Shown here: positions 49,488-59,243 of the stretch, in pieces
Position numbering within the stretch: the stretch's first letter is position 1
How the letters are laid out: every line of letters begins with the position of its first letter
Position numbers and translations under genes: made by a program
Notes under the pieces: model-generated
The model's input: only the letters and a program-made list of their open reading frames with translations
What the model was told of the DNA's origin: nothing
The model's database searches: none
From: Abditibacteriaceae bacterium
GTDB lineage: Bacteria > Armatimonadota > Abditibacteriia > Abditibacteriales > Abditibacteriaceae
Reading direction: 5' to 3'
NCBI GenBank assembly: GCA_965277285.1
Contig: OZ255721.1
Span: 384,001-448,000 of the forward strand
DNA: 64,000 nucleotides

Positions 49488-49864
49488 TTGTAAACCTCGG
49501 CGGGATCAAAGAGTGGTTCGCCCTGCGCTTCCATTTCGCCGTCGTCTGTGACGAGTTCGTAAAAGCAGGAGCGATAACCTTTGTGACAGGCCGCGCCGCC
49601 GATTTGTTCCACCTTGAAAACCAACGCGTCGCGGTCGCAATCGGCGATGATGTCATGCACGATTTGCACGTTGCCCGACGTTTCGCCTTTCATCATCATC
49701 TTGTTTTTGCTGCGACGAAAAACGTGTGCACGCTTGGTTTCCCAACTTGCTTTCACCGCGTCGCGGTTGAGCCACGCAATCGTCAACACTTCGCCCGTTT
49801 GGAAGTCCTGAAAAACGCCGCACACCAAACCTTTGTCGTCGTATTTTAAGTTGTCGTAAAACAT
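49484..49864 (-). CDS. hisI: Phosphoribosyl-AMP cyclohydrolase
   Basis: KGETSGN, DCDRD, ACHKGYRSCF. Confidence 0.95.
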   Translation of the reverse strand: MFYDNLKYDDKGLVCGVFQDFQTGEVLTIAWLNRDAVKASWETKRAHVFRRSKNKMMMKGETSGNVQIVHDIIADCDRDALVFKVEQIGGAACHKGYRSCFYELVTDDGEMEAQGEPLFDPAEVYK

Positions 49865-49915
49865 AATATTCGAGTACTCGTTTTGAAGTTGGTTTTTGAA
49901 GTTGCTGCTTCGATT

Positions 49916-50674
49916 TTAATTCATTGAATAGCTCTGCACATCGTAAGTCAGGTGTTCGGCGTCGAACGGCGCACCCAGCAGCAATTTTAAGCGCGCTTGT
50001 TGAACGGGCGTCAAAATTTCTGTTATCGCGGCGCGGCACTGATGCAAGAATTCATCTTGAGATTGCTTTATCTGCTGCTGCTCACGAAGTTGTTGCTGTG
50101 CGTACGACAACGCATTTTGAGACTGCTGTCGCACTTTGCGCGATTGCAAAGAGCTTGCATATGCTTGCGTTGCCGCTTCTTGAAGGCGTTTTAACTGCTC
50201 AGTTGAAACACCAATTTGCGGTGCGACTTCGGCAAAGGAAGTAAGAACAAATGGCCCGCTGCGTTGATAATTGATTTGAGCCAGACGTCTCTGCTGCGCC
50301 GGTGATAAAAGCTCCACTGCGCGGCTTTGCAGCACTTCGGGGCTGTGTTTTCGCACTTCGGCTTTCTGTTCAGCGGACTCTTTTCTGGTCATCAATCCGC
50401 CGCGATTTAAGTAAGTGGCATAGTTGAGTAAATCGAGTACTCGAACACTCGTTTCATGCGAAAGCCCCAACTCGCGTCGCACTTGAGGCGAACCAAGTAA
50501 AAACGCAAAATAAAACCAGTGGTCAGATTGCTTTGCAGCATTCGACACGTTTGTCGGCGTCGAAGAAATTGTTGCTATAGCTGTTGGCTGATGAAATGTG
50601 TCCGCTCGACAAGAAGTCGAAAGCGCCACAGCGATAAACCAACATCCGGCAACTTGAGCCTTTCTGGTAGTCAT
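49916..50674 (-). CDS. Hypothetical exported helical protein (Spy/CpxP-like repeats)
   Basis: VRRELGLS, LLSPAQQRRLAQI, ILTPVQQARL; start inferred at 50674. Confidence 0.65.
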   Translation of the reverse strand: MTTRKAQVAGCWFIAVALSTSCRADTFHQPTAIATISSTPTNVSNAAKQSDHWFYFAFLLGSPQVRRELGLSHETSVRVLDLLNYATYLNRGGLMTRKESAEQKAEVRKHSPEVLQSRAVELLSPAQQRRLAQINYQRSGPFVLTSFAEVAPQIGVSTEQLKRLQEAATQAYASSLQSRKVRQQSQNALSYAQQQLREQQQIKQSQDEFLHQCRAAITEILTPVQQARLKLLLGAPFDAEHLTYDVQSYSMN

Positions 50675-50684
50675 AGCGGCCTTG

Positions 50685-51443
50685 TCAAATGCGAATTTCA
50701 ATGCCGCGCGTGCGCAATTCTTCCTTGATTTGGCGAATTGTATACGTTCCGTAATGCACAATCGAGGCGACGAGTGCGGCTTCGGCGCGGCCTTCGGTGA
50801 GAGCTTCGTAAATATGATCGACGTTGCCCGCGCCGCCGCTGGCGATAACCGGAACATCGACCGCATCGGCAACCGAGCGCGTTAAACCGATGTCGTAACC
50901 GGCCTGCGTGCCATCGCCGTCCATCGAAGTCAGCAGAATTTCGCCCGCGCCCAGACGCGCTGCTTCGCGCGCCCAGTTAACGGCATCGGTTCCGGTTGGC
51001 GTGCGTCCACCGTGCAGGAAAACTTCCCAACGATTGGGCGCGGTTTGCTTGGCGTCAATCGCCACCACAATACATTGCACGCCGAAACGACGGGCGCCTT
51101 CTTCAATCAAAGCGGGATTGGTGAAGGCGGCAGTGTTGATGAAAATTTTGTCGGCGCCATTGGCCAAAACCGCGCTCATTTCGTTGGTTGTCTTAATTCC
51201 GCCGCCGACCGTAAATGGAATAAAGGCTTCTTCCGTCACGCGCGCCGCCAGATCGGAAACCATGTCGCGGCGTTCGTGACTGGCCGTGATGTCGAGGAAA
51301 ACCAGTTCGTCGGCGCCCGCTTTGTCGTAATAAGCGGCTCGTTCGACGGGATCGCCAGCGTCGCGCATATTTTCAAACTGGACGCATTTCACGACGCGTC
51401 CATTGTTGATGTCGAGAGCAGGAATAATTCGTTTGGCAGGCAT
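50685..51443 (-). CDS. hisF: Imidazole glycerol phosphate synthase cyclase subunit
   Basis: [34 protein letters not shown]. Confidence 0.97.
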   Translation of the reverse strand: MPAKRIIPALDINNGRVVKCVQFENMRDAGDPVERAAYYDKAGADELVFLDITASHERRDMVSDLAARVTEEAFIPFTVGGGIKTTNEMSAVLANGADKIFINTAAFTNPALIEEGARRFGVQCIVVAIDAKQTAPNRWEVFLHGGRTPTGTDAVNWAREAARLGAGEILLTSMDGDGTQAGYDIGLTRSVADAVDVPVIASGGAGNVDHIYEALTEGRAEAALVASIVHYGTYTIRQIKEELRTRGIEIRI

Positions 51444-51477
51444 AATCGGGAATGATGAATATCGAGTACTCGATTTG

Positions 51478-52275
51478 TTATTTTAGCGGTGTGAGCACGA
51501 CGAAATGAGAGTTGTTGTGTTTGTAATCTTCTGCGCTCTTAGCGTTGGTTTGACGCGCGATACACAAAATCTGTCCATTGTCGTTGATGTCAATTGCACA
51601 GTCGAGATACCAGTTGCTTTGTGGATCAATCAGGCTGTTCAAGTCTTGCGGTTGCGTGTTGTCAGTGCCGCGCCACAGCAAAGCCATTGCGCGCTCATGC
51701 GGATCGGAGAAACCACCTGATGACGCATAACCTGTGGACAGCCGTCCATTTCCGATGGCTTCACCACGCGCATTCAACTTATGGAACTTTGCATCGTAAA
51801 TTTCCCACGAGTAGCCTTGGACACCTTTTTGTTTGGTGGCGATAAATGCGCCGTTTTTCCAAATCTGCAATAAATTATCTTTTAATACTAAAGCTTGACC
51901 ATCGGTTGTCACAAACAAGACCTGATTTCTATAGCCGTCTTGCTGAAACCCGATGTGAGTGGCAAAGTTGTCATTGATAATTTTTCGCTGAGCTTCATCG
52001 GCTTCTCGTGTCGCGTCGTCGAACTTTAGAACTTCGCCATTCGCCGACAAACTGCGGTCGAGATATTTGAACTTGCCATTGCCGTACAAGCCCGTTTGGA
52101 GAATCTCATCAGTGCCAGCATCGGCAATCGAGTACTCGATTTGTCCTGACGGGACAGGTGGAAGAGGCCAATAGGCGATCCAAGCCAGAGCTGCCCAAAT
52201 ATAAAAGAAGAAGGCCAAAGGCAGGCAGAGAATCGAGCAACCGACGAATTTGAAGATATTCAATGGTTTCTTCAT
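51478..52275 (-). CDS. Hypothetical membrane-anchored protein with HAF-like extracellular repeat
   Basis: N-terminal TM; DLNSLID...[10 protein letters not shown]...LTP. Confidence 0.7.
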   Translation of the reverse strand: MKKPLNIFKFVGCSILCLPLAFFFYIWAALAWIAYWPLPPVPSGQIEYSIADAGTDEILQTGLYGNGKFKYLDRSLSANGEVLKFDDATREADEAQRKIINDNFATHIGFQQDGYRNQVLFVTTDGQALVLKDNLLQIWKNGAFIATKQKGVQGYSWEIYDAKFHKLNARGEAIGNGRLSTGYASSGGFSDPHERAMALLWRGTDNTQPQDLNSLIDPQSNWYLDCAIDINDNGQILCIARQTNAKSAEDYKHNNSHFVVLTPLK

Positions 52276-53006
52276 CAGCTTTCTCGTTCAGCCGCAAATT
52301 TCAACAGTTCGGGAACGCTGGTTGTGCCTGCGTAAATCGCTTTGCCGACGATTACGCCTTCGATATTTGGGATGTTGCGCAAGATGCGAATATCGGTCGC
52401 TTTGTGGACGCCACCGCTGGCGATAACCGGAATCTCAACGGCTTCGCTCATTTCGCGCAAGGCAATCGTGTTTGGGCCAGCGAGCGTTCCGTCGCGCGCG
52501 ATATCGGTGAAGATGATGCGGGCGCAGCCGAAACTTTGCATAGTTTGTGCGAAATGAACGGCGGGAAGTCCGCTGTCTTCACGCCAGCCGGCGACCGAAA
52601 CTTTGCCGTCTCGTGCATCCAGACCGAGAATTATGGCGTCGCCGAATTGGGCGAACATTTGCTGCGCCCATTGCGGTTCTTGCGCGGCTTTGGTGCCGAT
52701 GATGCAACGCTGCACGCCACTTTCGAGTACTCGATTGATAGTTTGAGCATCGCGCAGGCCGCCGCCAGTTTGCACGGGAATCGTCAAGGTTTGCGCGATT
52801 TTTTGGATGATGGCGTGGTTGGCATTTGAGCCATCGCGCGCGCCGTCCAAATCGACGACGTGCAAGCGCGTGGCACCTTCGTCCTGGAACTTTTGCGCCA
52901 TGGCGACGGGATCGTTGCCGTAAACCGTTTCGTGCGCGTAATCGCCTTGATAGAGGCGCACGCATTGGCCGCCGCGCAAGTCAATAGCAGGAATAATTTC
53001 GATCAT
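52275..53006 (-). CDS. hisA: ProFAR isomerase
   Basis: IIPAIDLRGGQCVRL, HVVDLDGA, TDIARDGTLAGP. Confidence 0.97.
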   Translation of the reverse strand: MIEIIPAIDLRGGQCVRLYQGDYAHETVYGNDPVAMAQKFQDEGATRLHVVDLDGARDGSNANHAIIQKIAQTLTIPVQTGGGLRDAQTINRVLESGVQRCIIGTKAAQEPQWAQQMFAQFGDAIILGLDARDGKVSVAGWREDSGLPAVHFAQTMQSFGCARIIFTDIARDGTLAGPNTIALREMSEAVEIPVIASGGVHKATDIRILRNIPNIEGVIVGKAIYAGTTSVPELLKFAAERES

Positions 53007-53206
53007 ATTCGAGTACTCGATTGTAAAGGTAAAAGGAAATAGAACGCGACTGTCTCACGCTTTGAAACAGTCGCGTTCTATTTTCGCTGATTTGCAACCT
53101 TTTGGCGAAGCGTGCACACGGCACACAATGATAAATGCACCGCCTCGATATTGGGTGGTGCATTTATTAAGATGTCAAAATCGAGAAAAGTGCGCCTTGG
53201 CGTGTT

Positions 53207-54241
53207 TCAAAAATTTGAGGCCGCGCCATCCTTTGGTTGCTCATTGCCATTTGCATGAGACGTCAGAACTCTGGGCACAAGAGGCGGCGTGCTATCTGGC
53301 AATTGGGGTTTGACAGAACGAGTTAATGGCGAGCGTCGCCGATTTTCTTCCGCCTGGCGCTTCGCTCCTCGAGCCGCTTCAGTTGCAACAAACAAATAAG
53401 TTCCGTCGTTTTGTTTGCCTTGCTCCGCACTTTTTTTGTCCGACTCCGCGTTTCGTTTTTCCGGCTCCGCATCAGACGTTGGAGTACTCGAATCGGCATT
53501 TGGCGCGCTGGGCGTCTGACTTTGATCGCGCCGCTCCCGACCGCGTCGTTCCATCATTGTGTCGGTAGGAACATCGGTGGAGCGGCGACCATATTTAATC
53601 GCGTCGGCGTCCGTAGCACGAGGCAAAGCCAACGGTGCGGCAGCATCGGTCGTGGCCTTTTGTCCGCTAAACGTGCTGGACGCAAGCGTGGTTTCAGGCG
53701 TCGTTTTCTCGCTGCCTACAACGTTGATGTCGGTGCGAGGACGAGCGGAAATGAGGAAGACGTTGAGTATTTCAATGCCGAGATTTTTAACCATCGGCGA
53801 AATATTTACGTTCTGCTGCACGCACAAAGCAACGTCATTGAGGTTGTATAACAGGTTTTCCAGGGTATAACGCTGGATTTGTTCCGTCATCTCACTTTGA
53901 ACGAGGTTGGAAGCGCGTTGCGTCAGTTTTTCGACATCGCGCGACAGGTAAACGCGGCTTTTGCGCGCGGTATCAATGGAAAAATTGAACTGCGAGGCCG
54001 CTTGGTGCGGATCGTTGACGCGATAGAGAAACTGTACTTGAATGGCTACCGCTTGCAAGTCGCTGGTCACTGTCACAAAAGCGATGTCACCATCACGACT
54101 GCTGACGGGAACGACAACAATCTGCGTGTTGTGGCGAAGATAACTGAAAGTCAGGCCAACGCCTTCCACGACAGGTCGTCCATTGACGTACTTGATCACG
54201 TAATCAGTCGGCAAACCTTTGAAAAACTTCAAACTGAGCAT
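53207..54241 (-). CDS. SPFH/band-7 domain protein with disordered C-terminus
   Basis: PTDYVIKY...GLTFSY, TSDLQAV..Q..YRV pattern. Confidence 0.7.
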   Translation of the reverse strand: MLSLKFFKGLPTDYVIKYVNGRPVVEGVGLTFSYLRHNTQIVVVPVSSRDGDIAFVTVTSDLQAVAIQVQFLYRVNDPHQAASQFNFSIDTARKSRVYLSRDVEKLTQRASNLVQSEMTEQIQRYTLENLLYNLNDVALCVQQNVNISPMVKNLGIEILNVFLISARPRTDINVVGSEKTTPETTLASSTFSGQKATTDAAAPLALPRATDADAIKYGRRSTDVPTDTMMERRGRERRDQSQTPSAPNADSSTPTSDAEPEKRNAESDKKSAEQGKQNDGTYLFVATEAARGAKRQAEENRRRSPLTRSVKPQLPDSTPPLVPRVLTSHANGNEQPKDGAASNF

Positions 54242-54507
54242 AAACGAGTTATTCCCTGCAAGATTGCGATATTATCATCTCAAATTATCCGGCACGTTTT
54301 TGGCCTTTTGCGTCCTGCATCACATTCTACACATTAACTTTTTGGGTTACTAAAAGTTTCTTTGCAACAAAGCACAATTCATGAGGCTGAATTTATGGCG
54401 CTGAAAGGAAACTAAAAGTGGTTTTACCAAAATGGTTTTACCAACGAAGCCGAAAACGCCGCTCCCAAAGGTGCTTCCTGAATGAGCACTGCAAAAGTTC
54501 GCTGAGA

Positions 54508-55113
54508 TCACAGTTCAGCGAAATTGCGCAGAATGTGCAAGCCGACTTCGCTGCTTTTTTCCGGGTGAAATTGTGTCGCCATCACGTTTTCACGCTCGAT
54601 AGCCGCCGCAAACGGAACTCCGTGCGTGCTCGTCGCCGCAACCACGGATTGGTCTTCGGGCAAGGCGTGATAAGAATGCACGAAATAAACCATCTGCCCA
54701 TTTTTCAGGCCGCGCATCAGCCGTGATTCGCGCGGAAAGTGCAAAGCACTCCAGCCGATATGCGGAATTTTCAGATCGGGCGCATCCGGCAGGCGCGTGA
54801 CTTTTCCAGCGACTACACCTAATCCGGCGCAAAGTCCCAATTCCTCACTCCAATCGAACAACAATTGTTGCGCCAGGCAAATTCCCAGAAACGGTGTGCC
54901 CATGCTAATGCGTTCCAAAAGAGGCTCGACCAAACCCGCGTCGTTCAAACTTTTCATCGCCGCCGCAAACGCACCGACGCCAGGCAAAACGATTTTTTGC
55001 GCTTCCGCAACTTCGTTTGGTTCGCGCGTGACACGCGTTTCAAAACCCAAATGTTCAAAGGCTTTTTGCACGCTGCGCAAGTTGTTGATGCCGCAATCGA
55101 CAATTGTAATCAT
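54508..55113 (-). CDS. hisH: Imidazole glycerol phosphate synthase glutaminase subunit
   Basis: LPGVGAF, GICL, YFVHSY, QFHPEKS. Confidence 0.96.
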   Translation of the reverse strand: MITIVDCGINNLRSVQKAFEHLGFETRVTREPNEVAEAQKIVLPGVGAFAAAMKSLNDAGLVEPLLERISMGTPFLGICLAQQLLFDWSEELGLCAGLGVVAGKVTRLPDAPDLKIPHIGWSALHFPRESRLMRGLKNGQMVYFVHSYHALPEDQSVVAATSTHGVPFAAAIERENVMATQFHPEKSSEVGLHILRNFAEL

Positions 55114-55128
55114 GGAAGTTAAGAGTGT

Positions 55129-55491
55129 TTAGAGCTTATGAGAAAACGCGCTGGCGACGACGAACCACAACACGCCAACCGCAACCATGAACCAGAAAAG
55201 CCAGATGACGACGGCCTGCCGATGTTTCGCAACGCGCGATTGGCTTTTACCTTCCACGCCCTCAATTATATCGAGAACTGATTTCGCCTGTATTAAATCG
55301 TCTTTATCAACCAGAACTTTGGTGCCACCAGAGCCGTTCCAAATGGCGTTCGCGTGACTGAAATCGCCGACGACACTCGCCAAACGGTCGCCTTCCAAAT
55401 AACAGCGAATGTCCTCGGCTTCCAAACGCCCGCGCAACATTTCAGCTTCAATCGCCAGAGGAAACGTTTTCAAAACCACAAAGTTGCTCAT
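55129..55491 (-). CDS. DUF2007-like putative signal transducing protein with C-terminal TM helix
   Basis: EAEMLRGRLEAEDI...KVLV...A. Confidence 0.75.
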   Translation of the reverse strand: MSNFVVLKTFPLAIEAEMLRGRLEAEDIRCYLEGDRLASVVGDFSHANAIWNGSGGTKVLVDKDDLIQAKSVLDIIEGVEGKSQSRVAKHRQAVVIWLFWFMVAVGVLWFVVASAFSHKL

Positions 55492-55838
55492 TTGAGTACT
55501 CGATTTGCGTCGAACCAAACGTCTTCATAATTTGGTGCGAGGACAAATCCCCAACCTGGCGGCAACTGTAAATAAGGAATTACGTCGGGACACCATTCCT
55601 CGAGATGCGAAAAGTGCAAAGGCACGAAGAAGTCCGAGGCATCGGAATATTCGCCTCTCCAAATGTACCAACCTGTGGTATCGCCGACAGGCTTGTACCG
55701 CAAGCCGTTCAAAGGCAAAATATCGCTTCTCGCATTTAATGACACGCCAACTTTACCATCTTGCGAAATGGCGCAGAATTCCACCTTAAACTTTGCACAG
55801 ACGGCGAGTTGCTGCTCAATCTGGATAGCGTTCATCAT
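55488..55838 (-). CDS. Immunity-protein-like (Imm33-related) hypothetical protein
   Basis: PLNGLR...TTGWYIW.GE...FFVPLH...YLQLPPGW.F...EDVWFD. Confidence 0.7.
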   Translation of the reverse strand: MMNAIQIEQQLAVCAKFKVEFCAISQDGKVGVSLNARSDILPLNGLRYKPVGDTTGWYIWRGEYSDASDFFVPLHFSHLEEWCPDVIPYLQLPPGWGFVLAPNYEDVWFDANRVLK

Positions 55839-55852
55839 TTCGAGTACTCGAT

Positions 55853-56470
55853 TTACAAACTTCCTTTCGTCGTCGGCAGTTCGTCGCCGTCAATTGTCAA
55901 TGCGGCGCGCATCGCTTTGGCGAGAGCTTTCATCGCGCTTTCGATGACGTGATGCGCATTCCCGCTTTGCAAAGAGCGCACATGAAGGTTCATTTTCGCG
56001 TTGTTGGCCAGAGCTACGAAAAATTCGCGCGCCAGAGACGTATCGAATTCGCCGATGCGTTCTTGTTGAAGTTGCCAATCGAGTTGCAGAAAAGCGCGCC
56101 CGCAAAAATCAACCGCGGCCAACGTCAGAACTTCGTCCATCGGCGCGATGAAAAAACCGTAGCGCGCCAGTCCTCGCTTGTCGCCGACGGCTTCGTTCAA
56201 GGCTTCGCCCAAGACGATTCCCAAATCTTCGATCAAGTGATGCCCATCGATTTCCACGTCGCCGGTCGCGCGAATCGTCAGGTCGAAGCGTCCATGTTTC
56301 GCCCATTGTTCCAGCATATGCTTCCAGAACGGCGCGCCCGCACCTTGCGGCAATTGAATGTCGAAGGTTCCGCTGCCATCCAAATCGAGCGACAATTCGA
56401 TTTGCGTTTCGTTGGTGTGGCGCACGCGCTTGGATGTTCTGTTTCGAGTACTCGATTGCGGTTCGCTCAT
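55853..56470 (-). CDS. hisB: Imidazoleglycerol-phosphate dehydratase (monofunctional)
   Basis: TNETQI, HMLEQ, DGHHLIED, PMDE, NAHHVIES, PTTKG. Confidence 0.95.
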   Translation of the reverse strand: MSEPQSSTRNRTSKRVRHTNETQIELSLDLDGSGTFDIQLPQGAGAPFWKHMLEQWAKHGRFDLTIRATGDVEIDGHHLIEDLGIVLGEALNEAVGDKRGLARYGFFIAPMDEVLTLAAVDFCGRAFLQLDWQLQQERIGEFDTSLAREFFVALANNAKMNLHVRSLQSGNAHHVIESAMKALAKAMRAALTIDGDELPTTKGSL

Positions 56471-57441
56471 TTCAAAACACTTCCCAGATATTGCAAAACG
56501 CTGTTCACGTCCGGCGCCACGATTTCGGCTCCGGCTTCCAAGAACGCACGGCGATTTTGCGCACCTGAGGGACCGGACAAAACGATGCAACTGAGAATGC
56601 GCGCGCGGCCACTTGCGTTGGTTTCGCGGAAGTTTTTCACGACGTTTAAGTCGTCAATCGTATCGCCGATGTAAACGCCGTGTTTGAACTTCATGCGCTC
56701 CTGTAACAAAGCGAGCGCGCGTCCATCGGGCTTGCGCACGCCGTCGTCGTCGGTCACGCAATTGTCAAGAGAAATGCGATTTTTTAAGTTCGCACGATCC
56801 AGCGCAATAAGGGTTTCAGAGCGCGTGCGTCCGGTCAAAACGCCGATTTTCGATTTGGCGGGAAGCTGCGCAGCGTCCAGCAAAACCGGCTCTTTGTCCA
56901 GAAAACCTTCGCCTTTGATGTGTTCGGGCGCGAAACCGTAAACCGCGGCGCATTGGTCGCCAGCATACATTTCCTGAAAAAGTTGCGTAACTAATTTCGG
57001 GTTCCAGTTGCGGGCGAAATCGCGGCGCTGCAAGGTCGTCAGGCGATCCAAAATTACGTTTTCCGCGACCACAATGCCGCCGCCGCGCCGCTTGATTTCG
57101 TTCGTGTACTCGACAAAATCCGGTTCCATGGCGCGCAAGGCGTCCGTATCGAGTTCGGGATGTTGCGCGTGCTTGGCGACCAGAAGCGCGACGGCGCCGT
57201 TCGCCAAATCCCAATCGTTGTTGAAGCCTCCGGCGTTTTTGAAAAGTTCGGTTTCCGCAGGCGTGAAAAACGCTTCGCCAGCGGCGATTTTTAGGATGTT
57301 TGTCGCATACCATTGCACGACTTCGGAGGCGACGACGCGAAACGATTGCGAAACGTCGAGCACGACACCATCAATGTCGAGCAAAATCGCATCGAGATTG
57401 GGCAAAGTTTGAATAATTTCTTGTTTAACGAAAAGTTCCAT
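56467..57441 (-). CDS. HAD-superfamily hydrolase (TIGR01548-like)
   Basis: DIDGV, GGFNNDWD, LTGR, KPDG, YIGDTIDD. Confidence 0.88.
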   Translation of the reverse strand: MELFVKQEIIQTLPNLDAILLDIDGVVLDVSQSFRVVASEVVQWYATNILKIAAGEAFFTPAETELFKNAGGFNNDWDLANGAVALLVAKHAQHPELDTDALRAMEPDFVEYTNEIKRRGGGIVVAENVILDRLTTLQRRDFARNWNPKLVTQLFQEMYAGDQCAAVYGFAPEHIKGEGFLDKEPVLLDAAQLPAKSKIGVLTGRTRSETLIALDRANLKNRISLDNCVTDDDGVRKPDGRALALLQERMKFKHGVYIGDTIDDLNVVKNFRETNASGRARILSCIVLSGPSGAQNRRAFLEAGAEIVAPDVNSVLQYLGSVLK

Positions 57442-57493
57442 GAGAAGCGTTTAAGGTTTCGTCGGAGCACACGGCGTGCGCCCTTTATAAAGT

Positions 57494-58036
57494 TCACCAA
57501 GTTATCAGTTGCGGTTCGATTTCATGTCCATTGATGCGCAAAATGCCGCACGAATGATGCGGCGCGCCACGTTTTTTAGTCGCCGAACCCGGGTTAAGAA
57601 GCAAGACAGGTCGCAAATTGCCGTCTTTGTCGGCCAGTTCGATCCAGTCGATGAGAGGACGATGCGAGTGCCCGAACACGATGCAATCGGCGTCGGGAAA
57701 ATGCGACAGCGCGGCCAATCGAGTACTCATTGCGAAAGTCGGTTCACCCTGGGCGTTCAAACCAACGTCGCCATGAGTTAACCCGATTTTGACGTTTTCG
57801 ATTTGCAATTCGCGCGCTTGCGGCAACGCGTGCAGCACGTCCCAATCGCAATTGTTGCCATAAACCGCGACGACGGGCGCTATCGCTTCCAAATCGCCGA
57901 TGACTTGCAAAATGTTCAAGTCGCCCGCGTGCAAAATCAAATCGACGTTTTCAAAGGCCGCGAAAACTTCCGGCGGAATCTGCTTTTTGCCGCCGACTTT
58001 GATGTGCGTGTCGGAAATTACGCCAATAGTTGTCAT
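57494..58036 (-). CDS. Metallophosphoesterase (YfcE/MJ0936 family)
   Basis: SDTH, HAGD, GNNCD, THG, GHSH, NPGS. Confidence 0.92.
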   Translation of the reverse strand: MTTIGVISDTHIKVGGKKQIPPEVFAAFENVDLILHAGDLNILQVIGDLEAIAPVVAVYGNNCDWDVLHALPQARELQIENVKIGLTHGDVGLNAQGEPTFAMSTRLAALSHFPDADCIVFGHSHRPLIDWIELADKDGNLRPVLLLNPGSATKKRGAPHHSCGILRINGHEIEPQLITW

Positions 58037-58044
58037 GGTCTGTT

Positions 58045-59142
58045 TTATGGAAAGAGTGGCGCCAGCATCAACCCTTCACGTTCTTCAAATCCGTTCATCA
58101 GGTTCATGTTTTGAACCGCTTGTCCTGCCGCGCCTTTGACCAAATTGTCAATGGCGGAAATCACAATTAATCGGTTGGTGCGTTCATCGACGGCGACGCC
58201 GATGTCGCAAAAATTGGAGCCAACGACGTATTTGATTTGTGGCAATTGTCCCAACGGATAAACGCGCACAAATGGTTCGTCCTGATAAGCGTTTTCGAGT
58301 ACTCGATAAGCGTCTTCGGCAGTCAAAGGTTCGTGCAAACGCGCGTAACACGTCGTCAAAATACCGCGCGCGATTGGCAGCAAATGCGGCGTGAAAGTCA
58401 ACGTGACGGCATGGCCTTCAGTCGAAATCTGCGTCAACATTTGCTCGATTTCGGGCGTATGTTGATGCGCCGCGACCTTATACGCTTTGAAATCGCCGTC
58501 CACTTCCGGGTGGTGCATGCCAATTCCAAACGAGGAACGGCCGGCGCCCGATGTGCCGCTCGCCGAATCGACGACGAGCGTGCCCAATTCGACTTCATTC
58601 AAAGCCAGAAATGGCGCCAAAGCCAAAATCGCGCTCGTCGGATAACAGCCCGGATTAGCGACCAATTGCGCCTTTTGAATTTTGTCGCGGTTCCATTCCG
58701 GCAAGCCGTAAACCGCGCTTTGGAGCAAGTCGTTCGCGGTGTGCGGCGTTTTGTACCAGTGCTCGTAAACGCTGGCGTCGCGCAGGCGGAAATCGCCGCC
58801 TATATCGCAGACTTTCAGGCCGTGTTCCAAAAGCTGCGGCACGATTTGCATTGCTTTGCCGTGACCTAAAGCGATAAAGGCGAAATCGGCGCGACTGGCG
58901 ATTTGTTCGGCGTCCAACTCTTCGCAAACCAGGTCGCACAAACCGCGTAAACTGGGGAAAAGATCGGACAATTTGGCGCCCGCGCGCTCGCCCGAAGCCG
59001 TCACAATCGTAATTTCGGCGTGCGGATGAGCGATCAAAAGGCGCGCAAGTTCAGCTCCGCTATAACCGCTGGCGCCGATGATGGCGACACGCAATTTGGT
59101 AGGGGAAACAGGTTGTTGAGAGTTGTTCGGGCTTTCAATCAT
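58045..59142 (-). CDS. argC: N-acetyl-gamma-glutamyl-phosphate reductase
   Basis: GASGYSG, ANPGCYPT, SGAGR, DNLVKGAAGQAVQN. Confidence 0.97.
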   Translation of the reverse strand: MIESPNNSQQPVSPTKLRVAIIGASGYSGAELARLLIAHPHAEITIVTASGERAGAKLSDLFPSLRGLCDLVCEELDAEQIASRADFAFIALGHGKAMQIVPQLLEHGLKVCDIGGDFRLRDASVYEHWYKTPHTANDLLQSAVYGLPEWNRDKIQKAQLVANPGCYPTSAILALAPFLALNEVELGTLVVDSASGTSGAGRSSFGIGMHHPEVDGDFKAYKVAAHQHTPEIEQMLTQISTEGHAVTLTFTPHLLPIARGILTTCYARLHEPLTAEDAYRVLENAYQDEPFVRVYPLGQLPQIKYVVGSNFCDIGVAVDERTNRLIVISAIDNLVKGAAGQAVQNMNLMNGFEEREGLMLAPLFP

Positions 59143-59243
59143 GCGACGCAGTGTAGCAAAAGATTTCGGTTTTACCTGCGAGGCTAACGATGTCGAGGCA
59201 AAGAAAAAACGTTGGAAGGAAATCGAGTACTCGAAAGAAGCGA

